Assembly (NCBI RefSeq): GCF_009914755.1
Contig: NC_060943.1
Strand: one strand, 5' to 3'
From: the human T2T-CHM13v2.0 reference genome, Homo sapiens
DNA: 64,000 nucleotides
Shown: positions 39,701-52,700 of the stretch, piece by piece
Position numbering within the stretch: the stretch's first letter is position 1
Layout of the letters: each line of letters begins with the position of its first letter
The notes under the pieces: generated by a model
What the model was told of the DNA's origin: nothing
The model's database searches: none
Seen by the model: the letters and a program-made list of their open reading frames with translations, nothing else
Translations under genes and position numbers: made by a program

Positions 39701-42700
39701 TCCTTTACACAGAGCAGACTTGAAACACTCTTTTTGTGGAATTTGCAAGTGGATATTTCAGCCGCTTTGAGTTCAATGGTAGAAAAGGAAATATCTTCCT
39801 ATAGAAACTAGACAGAATGATTCTCAGAAACTCCTTTGTGATATGTGCGTTCAACTCACAGAGTTCAACCTTTCTTTTCATAGAGCAGTTGGGAAACACT
39901 CTGTTTGTAAAGTCTGCTAGTGGATATTCAGACTTCTTTGAGGCCTTCGTTGGAAGCGGGATTTCTTCATGTTCTGCTACACAGAAGAATTCTCAGAAAC
40001 TTCCTTGTGTTGTGTGTTTTCAACTCACAGAGTTGAACGATCCTTTACACAGAGCAGACTTGAAACACTCCTTTTGTGGAATTTGCAAGTGGAGATTTCA
40101 GCCGCTTTGAGGTCAATGGTAGAATAGGGAATATCTTCCTATAGAAAGTAGACAGAATGATTCTCAGAAACTCCTTTGTGATGTGTGCGTTCCACTCACA
40201 GAGTTTAACCTTTCTTTTCATAGAGCAGTTAGGAAACACTCTGTTTGTAAAGTCTGCAAGTGGATATTCAGACCTCCTTGAGGCCTTCGTTGGAAGCGGG
40301 ATTTCTTCATGTTCTGCTAGACAGAAGAATTCTCAGAAACTTCCTTGTGTTGTGTGTTTTCAACTCACAGAGTTGAACGATCCTTTACACAGAAGAGACT
40401 TGAAACACTCCTTTTGTGGAATTTGCAAGTGGAGATTTCAGCCGCTTTGAGGTCAATGGTAGAATAGGAAATATCTTCCTATAGAAACTAGACAGAATGA
40501 TTCTGAGAAATCCTTTGTGATGTGTGCGTTCAACTCACAGAGTTTAACCTTTCTTTTCATAGAGCAGTTAGGAAACACTCTGTTTGTAAAGTCTGCAAGT
40601 GGATATTCAGACCTCCTTGAGGCCTTCGTTGGAAACGGGATTTCTTCATATTATGCTAGACAGAGGAATTCTCAGTAACTTCCTTGTGTTGTGTGTATTC
40701 AACTCACAGAGTTGAACGATCCTTTACACAGAGCAGACTTGAAACACTCTTTTGGTGGAATTTGCAAGTGGAGATTTCAGCCGCTTTGAGTTCAATGGTA
40801 GAATAGGAAATATCTTCCTATAGAAACTACACAGAATGATTCTCAGAAACTGCTTTGTGATGTGTGCGTTCAACTCACAGAGTTCAACCTTTCTTTTCAT
40901 AGAGCAGTTGGGAAACACTCTGTTTGTAAAGTCTGCAAGTGGATATTCAGACTTCTTTGAGGCCTTCGTTGGAAGCGGGATTTCTTCTTATTCTGCTAGA
41001 CAGAAGAATTCTCAGTAACTTCCTTGTGTTGTGTGTATTCAACTCACAGAGTTGAACGATCCTTTACACAGAGCAGACTTGAAACACTCTTTTTGTGGAA
41101 TTTGCAAGTGGAGATTTCAGCCGCTTTGAGGTCAATGGTAGAATAGGAAATATCTTCCTATAGAAACTAGACAGAATGATTCTCAGAAACTCCTTTGTGA
41201 TGTGTGCGTTCAACTCACAGAGTTCAACCTTTCTTTTCATAGAGCAGTTGGGAAACACTCTGTTTGTAAAGTCTGCAAGTGGATATTCAGACTTCTTTGA
41301 GGCCTTCGTTGGAAGCGGGATTTCTTCATGTTCTGCTAGCCAGAAGAATTCTCAGAAACTTCCTTGTGTTGTGTGTTTTCAACTCACAGAGTTGAACGAT
41401 CCTTTACACAGAGCAGACTTGAAACACTCCTTTTGTGGAATTTGCAAGTGGAGATTTCAGCCGCTTTGAGGTCAATGGTAGAATAGGAAATATCTTCCTA
41501 TAGAAAGTAGACAGAATGATTCTCAGAAACTCCTTTGTGATGTGTGCGTTCAACTCACAGAGTTTAACCTTTCTTTTCATAGAGCAGTTAGGAAACACTC
41601 TGTTTGTAAAGTCTGCAAGTGGATATTCAGACCTCCTTGAGGCCTTCGTTGGAAACAGGATTTCTTCATATTCTGCTAGACAGAAGAATTCTCAGTAACT
41701 TCCTTGTGTTGTGTGTATTCAACTCACAGAGTTGAACGATCCTTTACACAGAGCAGACTTGAAACACTCTTTTTGTGGATTTTGCAAGTGGAGATTTCAG
41801 CCGCTTTGAGTTCAATGGTAGAATAGGAAATATCTTCCTATAGAAACTAGACAGAATGATTCTCAGAAACACCTTTGTGATGTGTGCGTTCAACTCACAG
41901 AGTTCAACCTTTCTTTTCATAGAGCAGTTGGGAAACACTCTGTTTGTAAATTCTGCAAGTGGATATTCAGACTTCTTTGAGGCCTTCGTTGGAAGCGGGA
42001 TTTCTTCATATTCTGCTAGACAGAAGAATTCTCAGTAACTGCCTTGTGTTGTGTGTATTCAACTCACAGAGTTGAACGATCCTTTACACAGAGCAGACTT
42101 GAAACACTCTTTTTGTGGAATTTGCAAGTGGAGATTTCAGCCGCTTTGAGGTCAATGGTAGAATAGGAAATATCTTCCTATAGAAACTAGACAGAATGAT
42201 TCTCAGAAACTCCTTTGTGATGTGTGCGTTCAACTCACAGAGTTCAACCTTTCTTTTCATAGAGCAGTTGGGAAACACTCTGTTTGTAAAGTCTGCAAGT
42301 GGATATTCAGACTTCTTTGAGGCCTTCGTTGGAAGCGGGATTTCTTCATATTCTGCTAGACAGAAGAATTCTCAGTAACTTCCTTTTGTTGTGTGTATTC
42401 AACTCACAGAGTTGAACGATCCTTTACACAGAGCAGACTTGAAACACTCTTTTTGTGGAATTTGCAAGTGGAGATTTCAGCCGCTTTGAGGTCAATGGTA
42501 GAATAGGAAATATCTTCCTATAGAAACTAGACAGAATGATTCTCAGAAACTCCTTTGTGATGTGTGCGTTCAACTCACAGAGTTTAACCTTTCTTTTCAT
42601 AGAGCAGTTAGGAAACACTCTCTTTGTAAAGTCTGCAAGTGGATATTCAGACATCCTTGAGGCTTTCGTTGGAAACGGGTTTTCTTCATATTCTGCTAGA

Positions 42701-45700
42701 AAGAAGAATTCTCAGTAACTTCCTTGTGTTGTGTTTATTCAACTCACAGAGTTGAACGATCCTATACACAGAGCAGACTTGAAACACTCTTTTTGTGGAA
42801 TTTGCAAGTGGAGATTTCAGCCGCTTTGAGGTCAATGGTAGAATAGGAAATATCTTCCTATAGAAACTAGACAGAATGATTCTCAGAAACTCCTTTGTGA
42901 TGTGTGCGTTCAACTCACAGAGTTTAACCTTTCTTTTCATAGAGCAGTTAGGAAACACTCTGTTTGTAAAGTCTGCAAGTGGATATTCAGACATCTTTGA
43001 GGCCTTCTTTGGAAACGGGATTTCTTCATGTTCTGCTAGACAGAAGAATTCTCAGAAACTTCCTTGTGTTGTGTGTTTTCAACTCACAGAGTTGAACGAT
43101 GCTTTACACAGAGTAGACTTGAAACACTCTTTTTGTGTAATTTGCAAGTGGAGATTTCAGCCTCTCTGAGGTCAATGGTAGAAAAGGAAATATCTTCGTA
43201 TAAAAACTAGACAGAATGATTCTCAGAAACTCCTTTGTGATGTGTGCGTTCAACTCACAGAGTTTAACCTTTCTTTTCATAGAGCAGTTAGGAAACACTC
43301 TGTTTGTAAAGTCTGCAAGTGGATATTCAGAACTCTTTGAGGCCTTCGTTGGAAACCGGATTTCTTCTTATTCTGCTAGAGAGAAGAATTCTCAGTAACT
43401 TCATTGTGTTGTGTGTATTCAACTCACAGATTTCAACGATCCTTTACACAGAGCAGACTTGAAACACTCTTTTTCTGGAATTTGCAAGTGGAGATTTCAG
43501 CCGCTTTGAGGTCAATGGTCGAATAGGAAATATCTTCCTATAGAAACTAGACAGAATGATTCTCAGAAACTCCTTTGTGATGTGTGCGTTCAACTCACAG
43601 AGTTTAACCTTTCTTTTCATAGAGCAGTTAGGAAACACTCTGTTTGTAAAGTCTGCAAGTGGATATTCAGACCTCATTGAGGCCTTCGTTGGAAACGGGA
43701 TTTCTACATATTATGCTAGACAGAAGAATTCTCAGTAACTTCCTTGTGTTGTGTGTATTCAACTCACAGAGTTGAATGATCCTTTACACAGAGCAGACTT
43801 GAAACACTCTTTTTGTGGAATTTGCAAGTGGAGATTTCAGCCGCTTTGAGTTCAATGGTAGAATAGGAAATATCTTCCTATAGAAACTAGACAGAATGAT
43901 TCTCAGAAACTCCTTTGTGATGTGTGCATTCAACTCAGAGAGTTCAACCTTTCTTTTCATAGAGCAGTTGGGAAACACTCTGTTTGTAAAGTCTGCAAGT
44001 GGATATTCAGACTTCTTTGAGGCCTTCGTTGGAAGCGGGATTTCTTCATATTCTGCTAGACAGAAGAATTCTCAGTAACTTCCTTGTGTTGTGTGTATTC
44101 AACTCACAGAGTTGAACGATCCTTTACACAGAGCAGACTTGAAACACTCTTTTTGTGGAATTTGCAAGTGGAGATTTCAGCAGCTTTGAGGTCAATGGTC
44201 GAATAGGAAATATCTTCCTATAGAAACTAGACAGAATGATTCTCAGAAACTCCTTTGTGATGTGTGCGTTCAACTCACAGAGTTTAACCTTTCTTTTCAT
44301 AGAGCAGTTAGGAAACACTCTGTTTGTAAAGTCTGCAAGTGGATATTCAGACATCCTTGAGGCTTTCGTTGGAAACGGGATTTCTCCATATTCTGCTAGA
44401 AAGAAGAATTCTCAGTAACTTCCTTGTGTTGTGTGTATTCAACTCGCAGAGTTGAACGATCCTTTACACAGAGCAGACTTGAAACACTCTTTTTGTGGAA
44501 TTTGCAAGTGGAGATTTCAGCCGCTTTGAGGTCAATGGTAGAATAGGAAATATCTTCCTATAGAAACTAGACAGAATGATTCTCAGAAACTCCTTTGTGA
44601 TGTGTGCGTTCAACTCACAGAGTTTAACCTTTCTTTTCATAGAGCAGTTGGGAAACACTCTGTTTGTAAAGTCTGCAAGTAGATATTCAGACATCCTTGA
44701 GGCTTTCGTTGGAAACGGGATTTCTTCATATTCTGCTAGAAAGAAGAATTCTCAGTAACTTCCTTGTGTTGTGTGTATTCAACTCACAGAGTTGAACGAT
44801 CCTTTACACAGAGCAGACTTGAAACACTCTTTTTGTGGAATTTGCAAGTGGAGATTTCAGCCGCTTTGAGGTCAATGGTAGAATAGGAAATATCTTCCTA
44901 TAGAAACTAGACAGAATGATTCTCAGAAACTCCTTTGTGATGTGTGCGTTCAACTCACAGAGTTTACCCTTTCTTTTCATAGAGCAGTTGGGAAACACTC
45001 TGTTTGTAAAGTCTGCAAGTGGATATTCAGACATCCTTGAGGCTTTCGTTGGAAAAGGGATTTCTTCATATTCTGCTAGAAAGAAGAATTCTCAGTAACT
45101 TCCTTGTGTTGTGTGTATTCAACTCACAGAGTTGAACGATCCTTTACACAGAGCAGACTTGAAACACTCTTTTTGTGGAATTTGCAAGTGGAGATTTCAG
45201 CCGCTTTGAGGTCAATGGTAGAATAGGAAATATCTTCCTATAGAAACTAGACAGAATGATTCTCAGAAACTCCTTTGTGATGTGTGCGTTCAACTCACAC
45301 AGTTTAACCTTTCTTTTCATAGAGCAGTTAGGAAACACTCTGTTTGTAAAGTCTGCAAGTGGATATTCAGACCTCCTTGAGGCCTTCGTTGGAAACGGGA
45401 TTTCTTCATATTATGCTAGACAGAAGAATTCTCAGTAACTTCCTTGTGTTGTGTGTATTCAACTCACAGAGTTGAACGATCCTTTACACAGGGCAGACTT
45501 GAAACACTCTTTTTGTGGAATTTGCAAGTGGAGATTTCAGCCGCTTTGAGTTCAATGGTAGAAATGGAAATATCTTCCTATAGAAACTAGACAGAATGAT
45601 TCTCAGAAACTCCTTTGTGATGTGTGCGTTCAACTCACAGAATTCAACCTTTCTTTTCATAGAGCAGTTGGGAAACACTCTGTTTGTAAAGTCTGCAAGT

Positions 45701-48700
45701 GGATATTCAGACTTCTTTGAGGCCTTCGTTGGAAGCGGGATTTCTTCATGTTCTGCTAGACAGAAGAATTCTCAGAAACTTCCTTGTGTTGTGTGTTTTC
45801 AACTCACAGAGTTGAACGATCCTTTACACAGAGCAGACTTGAAACACTCCTTTTGTGGAATTTGCAAGTGGAGATTTCAGCCGCTTTGAGGTCAATGGTA
45901 GAATAGGAAATATCTTCCTATAGAAAGTAGACAGAATGATTCTCAGAAACTCCTTTGTGATGTGTGCGTTCAACTCACAGAGTTTAACCTTTCTTTTCAT
46001 AGAGCAGTTAGGAAACACTCTGTTTGTAAAGTCTGCAAGTGGATATTCAGACCTCCTTGAGGCCTTCGTTGGAAACGGGATTTCTTCATATTATGCTAGA
46101 CAGAAGAATTCTCAGTAACTTCCTTGTGTTGTGTGTATTCAACTCACAGAGTTGAACGATCCTTTACACAGAGCAGACTTGAAACACTCTTTTTGTGGAA
46201 TTTGCAAGTGGAGATTTCAGCCGCTGTGAGTTCAATGGTAGAATAGGAAATATCTTCCTATAGAAACTAGACAGAATGATTCTCAGAAACCCCTTTGTGA
46301 TGTGTGCGTTCAACTCACAGAGTTCAACCTTTCTTTTCATAGAGCAGTTGGGAAACACTCTGTTTGTAAAGTCTGCAAGTGGATATTCAGACTTCTTTGA
46401 GGCCTTCGTTGGAAGCGGGATTTCTTCATATTCTGCTAGACAGAAGAATTCTCAGTAACTGCCTTGTGTTGTGTGTATTCAACTCACAGAGTTGAACGAT
46501 CCTTTACACAGAGCAGACTTGAAACACTCTTTTTGTGGAATTTGCAAGTGGAGATTTCAGCCGCTTTGAGGTCAATGGTAGAATAGGAAATATCTTCCTA
46601 TAGAAACTAGACAGAATGATTCTCAGAAACTCCTTTGTGATGTGTGCGTTCAACTCACAGAGTTTAACCTTTCTTTTCATAGAGCAGTTAGGAAACACTC
46701 TGTTTGTAAAGTCTGCAAGTGGATATTCAGACCTCCTTGAGGCCTTCGTTGGAAACGGGATTTCTTCATATTATGCTAGACAGAAGAATTCTCAGTAACT
46801 TCCTTGTGTTGTGTGTATTCAACTCACAGAGTTGAACGATCCTTTACACAGAGCAGACTTGAAACACTCTTTTTGTGGAATTTGCAAGTGGAGATTTCAG
46901 CCGCTTTGAGGTCAATGGTAGAATAGGAAATATCTTCCTATAGAAACTAGACAGAATGATTCTCAGAAACTCCTTTGTGATGTGTGCGTTCAACTCACAG
47001 AGTTCAACCTTTCTTTTCATAGAGCAGTTGGGAAACACTCTGTTTGTAAAGTCTGCAAGTGGATATTCAGACTTCTTTGAGGCCTTCGTTGGAAGCGGGA
47101 TTTCTTCATATTCTGCTAGACAGAAGAATTCTCAGTAACTGCCTTGTGTTGTGTGTATTCAACTCACAGAGTTGAACGATCCTTTACACAGAGCAGACTT
47201 GAAACACTCTTTTTGTGGAATTTGCAAGTGGAGATTTCAGCCGCTTTGAGGTCAATGGTAGAATAGGAAATATCTTCCTATAGAAACTAGACAGAATGAT
47301 TCTCAGAAACTCCTTTGTGATGTGTGCGTTCAACTCACAGAGTTTACCCTTTCTTTTCATAGAGCAGTTAGGAAACACTCTGTTTGTAAAGTCTGCAAGT
47401 GGATATTCAGACATCCTTGAGGCTTTCGTTGGAAACGGGATTTCTTCATATTCTGCTAGAAAGAAGAATTCTCAGTAACTTCCTTGTGTTGTGTGTATTC
47501 AACTCACAGAGTTGAACGATCCTTTACACAGAGCAGACTTGAAACACTCTTTTTGTGGAATTTGCAAGTGGAGATTTCAGCCGCTTTGAGGTCAATGGTA
47601 GAATAGGAAATATCTTCCTATAGAAACTAGACAGAGTGATTCTCAGAAACTCCTTTGTGATGTGTGCGTTCAACTCACAGAGTTTAACCTTTCTTTTCAT
47701 AGAGCAGTTAGGAAACACTCTGTTTGTAAAGTCTGCAAGTGGATATTCAGACATCCTTGAGGCTTTCGTTGGAAACGGGATTTCTTCATATTCTGCTAGA
47801 AAGAAGAATTCTCAGTAACTTCCTTGTGTTGTGTGTATTCAACTCACAGAGTTGAACGATCCTTTACACAGAGCAGACTTGAAACACTCTTTTTGTGGAA
47901 TTTGCAAGTGGAGATTTCAGCCGCTTTGAGGTCAATGGTAGAATAGGAAATATCTTCCTATAGAAACTAGACAGAATGATTCTCAGAAACTCCTTTGTGA
48001 TGTGTGCGTTCAACTCACAGAGTTTAACCTTTCTTTTCATAGAGCAGTTGGGAAACACTCTGTTTGTAAAGTCTGCAAGTGGATATTCAGACATCCTTGA
48101 GGCTTTCGTTGGAAACGGGATTTCTTCATATTCTGCTAGAAAGAAGAATTCTCAGTAACTTCCTTGTGTTGTGTGTATTCAGCTCACAGAGTTGAACGAT
48201 CCTTTACACAGATCAGACTTGAAACACTCTTTTTGTGGAATTTGCAAGTGGAGATTTCAGCCGCTTTGAGGTCAATGGTAGAATAGGAAATATCTTCCTA
48301 TAGAAACTAGACAGAATGATTCTCAGAAACTCCTTTGTGATGTGTGCGTTCAACTCACACAGTTTAACCTTTCTTTTCATAGAGCAGTTAGGAAACACTC
48401 TGTTTGTAAAGTCTGCAAGTGGATATTCAGACCTCCTTGAGGCCTTCGTTGGAAACGGGATTTCTTCATATTATGCTAGACAGAAGAATTCTCAGTAACT
48501 TCCTTGTGTTGTGTGTATTCAACTCACAGAGTTGAACGATCCTTTACACAGAGCAGACTTGAAACACTCTTTTTGTGGAATTTGCAAGTGGAGATTTCAG
48601 CCGCTTTGAGTTCAATGGTAGAATAGGAAATATCTTCCTATAGAAACTAGACAGAATGATTCTCAGAAACTCTTTTGTGATGTGTGCGTTCAACTCACAG

Positions 48701-51700
48701 AGTTCAACCTTTCTTTTCATAGAGCAGTTGGGAAACACTCTGTTTGTAAAGTCTGCAAGTGGATATTCAGACTTCTTTGAGGCCTTCGTTGGAAGCGGGA
48801 TTTCTTCATATTCTGCTAGACAGAAGAATTCTCAGAAACTTCCTTGTGTTGTGTGTTTTCAACTCACAGAGTTGAACGATCCTTTACACAGAGCAGACTT
48901 GAAACACTACTTTTGTGGAATTTGCAAGTGGAGATTTCAGCCGCTTTGAGGTCAATGGTAGAATAGGAAATATCTTCCTATAGAAAGTAGACAGAATGAT
49001 TCTCAGAAACTCCTTTGTGATGTGTGCGTTCAACTCACAGAGTTTAACCTTTCTTTTCATAGAGCAGTTAGGAAACACTCTGTTTGTAAAGTCTGCAAGT
49101 GGATATTCAGACCTCCTTGAGGCCTTCGTTGGAAACGGGATTTCTTCATATTATGCTAGACAGAAGAATTCTCACAAACTTCCTTGTGTTGTGTGTATTC
49201 AACTCACAGAGTTGAACGATCCTTTACACAGAGCAGACTTGAAACACTCTTTTTGTGGAATTTGCAAGTGGAGATTTCAGCCGCTTTGAGGTCAATGGTA
49301 GAATAGGAAATATCTTCCTATAGAAACTAGACAGAATGATTCTCAGAAACTCCTTTGTGATGTGTGCGTTCAACTCACAGAGTTTAACCTTTCTTTTCAT
49401 AGAGCAGTTAGGAAACACTCTGTTTGTAAAGTCTGCAAGTGGATATTCAGACATCCTTGAGGCTTTCGTTGGGAACGGGTTTTCTTCATATTCTGCTAGA
49501 AAGAAGAATTCTCAGTAACTTCCTTGTGTTGTGTTTATTCAACTCACAGAGTTGAACGATCCTATACACAGAGCAGACTTGAAACACTCTTTTTGTGGAA
49601 TTTGCAAGTGGAGATTTCAGCCGCTTTGAGGTCAATGGTAGAATAGGAAATATCTTCCTATAGAAACTAGACAGAATGATTCTCAGAAACTCCTTTGTGA
49701 TGTGTGCGTTCAACTCACAGAGTTTAACCTTTCTTTTCATAGAGTAGTTAGGAAACACTCTGTTTGTAAAGTCTGCAAGTGGATATTCAGACATCTTTGA
49801 GGCCTTCTTTGGAAACGGGATTTCTTCATGTTCTGCTAGACAGAAGAATTCTCAGAAACTTCCTTGTGTTGTGTGTTTTCAACTCACAGAGTTGAACGAT
49901 GCTTTACACAGAGTAGACTTGAAACACTCTTTTTGTGTAATTTGCAAGTGGAGATTCCAGCCGCTCTGAGGTCAATGGTAGAAAAGGAAATATCTTCGTA
50001 TAAAAACTAGACAGAATGATTCTCAGAAACTCCTTTGTGATGTGTGCGTTCAACTCACAGAGTTTAACCTTTCTTTTCATAGAGCAGTTAGGAAACACTC
50101 TGTTTGTAAAGTCTGCAAGTGGATATTCAGACCTCCTTGAGGCCTTCGTTGGAAACGGGATTTCTTCATATTATGCTAGACAGAAGAATTCTCAGTAACT
50201 TCCTTGTGTTGTGTGTATTCAACTGACAGAGTTGAACGATCCTTTACACAGAGCAGACTTGAAACACTCTTTTTGTGGAATTTGCAAGTGGAGATTTCAG
50301 CCGCTTTGAGGTCAATGGTAGAATAGGAAATATCTTCCTATAGAAACTAGACAGAATGATTCTCAGAAACTCCTTTGTGATGTGTGCGTTCAACTCACAG
50401 AGTTTAACCTTTGTATTCATAGAGCAGTTAGGAAACACTCTGTTTGTAAAGTCTGCAAGTGGATATTCAGACATCCTTGTGGCTTTCGTTGGAAACGGGA
50501 TTTCTTCATATTCTGCTAGAAAGAAGAATTCTCAGTAACTTCCTTGTGTTGTGTGTATTCAACTCACAGAGTTGAACGATCCTTTACACAGAGCAGACTT
50601 GAAACACTCTTTTTGTGGAATTTGCAAGTGGAGATTTCAGCCGCTTTGAGGTCAATGGTAGAATAGGAAATATCTTCCTATAGAAACTAGACAGAATGAT
50701 TCTCAGAAACTCCTTTGTGATGTGTGCGTTCAACTCACAGAGTTTAACCTTTCTTTTCATAGAGCAGTTGGGAAACACTCTGTTTGTAAAGTCTGCAAGT
50801 AGATATTCAGACATCCTTGAGGCTTTCGTTGGAAACGGGATTTCTTCATATTCTGCTAGAAAGAAGAATTCTCAGTAACTTCCTTGTGTTGTGTGTATTC
50901 AACTCACAGAGTTGAACGATCCTTTACACAGAGCAGACTTGAAACACTCTTTTTGTGGAATTTGCAAGTGGAGATTTCAGCCGCTTTGAGGTCAATGGTA
51001 GAATAGGAAATATCTTCCTATAGAAACTAGACAGAATGATTCTCAGAAACTCCTTTGTGATGTGTGCGTTCAACTCACAGAGTTTAACCTTTCTTTTCAT
51101 AGAGCAGTTGGGAAACACTCTGTTTGTAAAGTCTGCAAGTGGATATTCAGACATCCTTGAGGCTTTCGTTGGAAAAGGGATTTCTTCATATTCTGCTAGA
51201 AAGAAGAATTCTCAGTAACTTCCTTGTGTTGTGTGTATTCAACTCACAGAGTTGAACGATCCTTTACACAGAGCAGACTTGAAACACTCTTTTTGTGGAA
51301 TTTGCAAGTGGAGATTTCAGCCGCTTTGAGGTCAATGGTAGAATAGGAAATATCTTCCTATAGAAACTAGACAGAATGATTCTCAGAAACTCCTTTGTGA
51401 TGTGTGCGTTCAACTCACACAGTTTAACCTTTCTTTTCATAGAGCAGTTAGGAAACACTCTGTTTGTAAAGTCTGCAAGTGGATATTCAGACCTCCTTGA
51501 GGCCTTCGTTGGAAACGGGATTTCTTCATATTATGCTAGACAGAAGAATTCTCAGTAACTTCCTTGTGTTGTGTGTATTCAACTCACAGAGTTGAACGAT
51601 CCTTTACACAGAGCAGGCTTGAAACACTCTTTTTGTGGAATTTGCAAGTGGAGATTTCAGCCGCTTTGAGTTCAATGGTAGAAATGGAAATATCTTCCTA

Positions 51701-52700
51701 TAGAAACTAGACAGAATGATTCTCAGAAACTCCTTTGTGATGTGTGCGTTCAACTCACAGAATTCAACCTTTCTTTTCATAGAGCAGTTGGGAAACACTC
51801 TGTTTGTAAAGTCTGCAAGTGGATATTCAGACTTCTTTGAGGCCTTCGTTGGAAGCGGGATTTCTTCATGTTCTGCTAGACAGAAGAATTCTCAGAAACT
51901 TCCTTGTGTTGTGTGTTTTCAACTCACAGAGTTGAACGATCCTTTACACAGAGCAGACTTGAAACACTCCTTTTGTGGAATTTGCAAGTGGAGATTTCAG
52001 CCGCTTTGAGGTCAATGGTAGAATAGGAAATATCTTCCTATAGAAAGTAGACGGAATGATTCTCAGAAACTCCTTTGTGATATGTGCGTTCAACTCACAG
52101 AGTTTAACCTTTCTTTTCATAGAGCAGTTAGGAAACACTCTGTTTGTAAAGTCTGCAAGTGGATATTCAGACCTCCTTGAGGCCTTCGTTGGAAACGGGA
52201 TTTCTTCATATTATGCTAGACAGAAGAATTCTCAGTAACTTCCTTGTGTTGTGTGTATTCAACTCACAGAGTTGAACGATCCTTTACACAGAGCAGACTT
52301 GAAACACTCTTTTTGTGGAATTTGCAAGTGGAGATTTCAGCGGCTGTGAGTTCAATGGTAGAATAGGAAATATCTTCCTATAGAAACTAGACAGAATGAT
52401 TCTCAGAAACTCCTTTGTGATGTGTGCGTTCAACTCAGAGTTCAACCTTTCTTTTCATAGAGCAGTTGGGAAACACTCTGTTTGTAAAGTCTGCAAGTGG
52501 ATATTCAGACTTCTTTGAGGCCTTCGTTGGAAGCGGGATTTCTTCATATTCTGCTAGACAGAAGAATTCTCAGTAACTGCCTTGTGTTGTGTGTATTCAA
52601 CTCACAGAGTTGAACGATCCTTTACACAGAGCAGACTTGAAACACTCTTTTTGTGGAATTTGCAAGTGGAGATTTCAGCCGCTTTGAGGTCAATGGTAGA
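36750..52700 (+). repeat. Three dispersed copies of a ~6-dimer cassette (~36.75-38.8, 44.57-46.6, 50.69-52.7 kb)
   Basis: Ordered markers AAGTAGATATT, GGAAAAGGG, CACACAG, GAAATGGAAA and GCTGTGAG recur at offsets 7819 and 6120. Confidence 0.8.
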
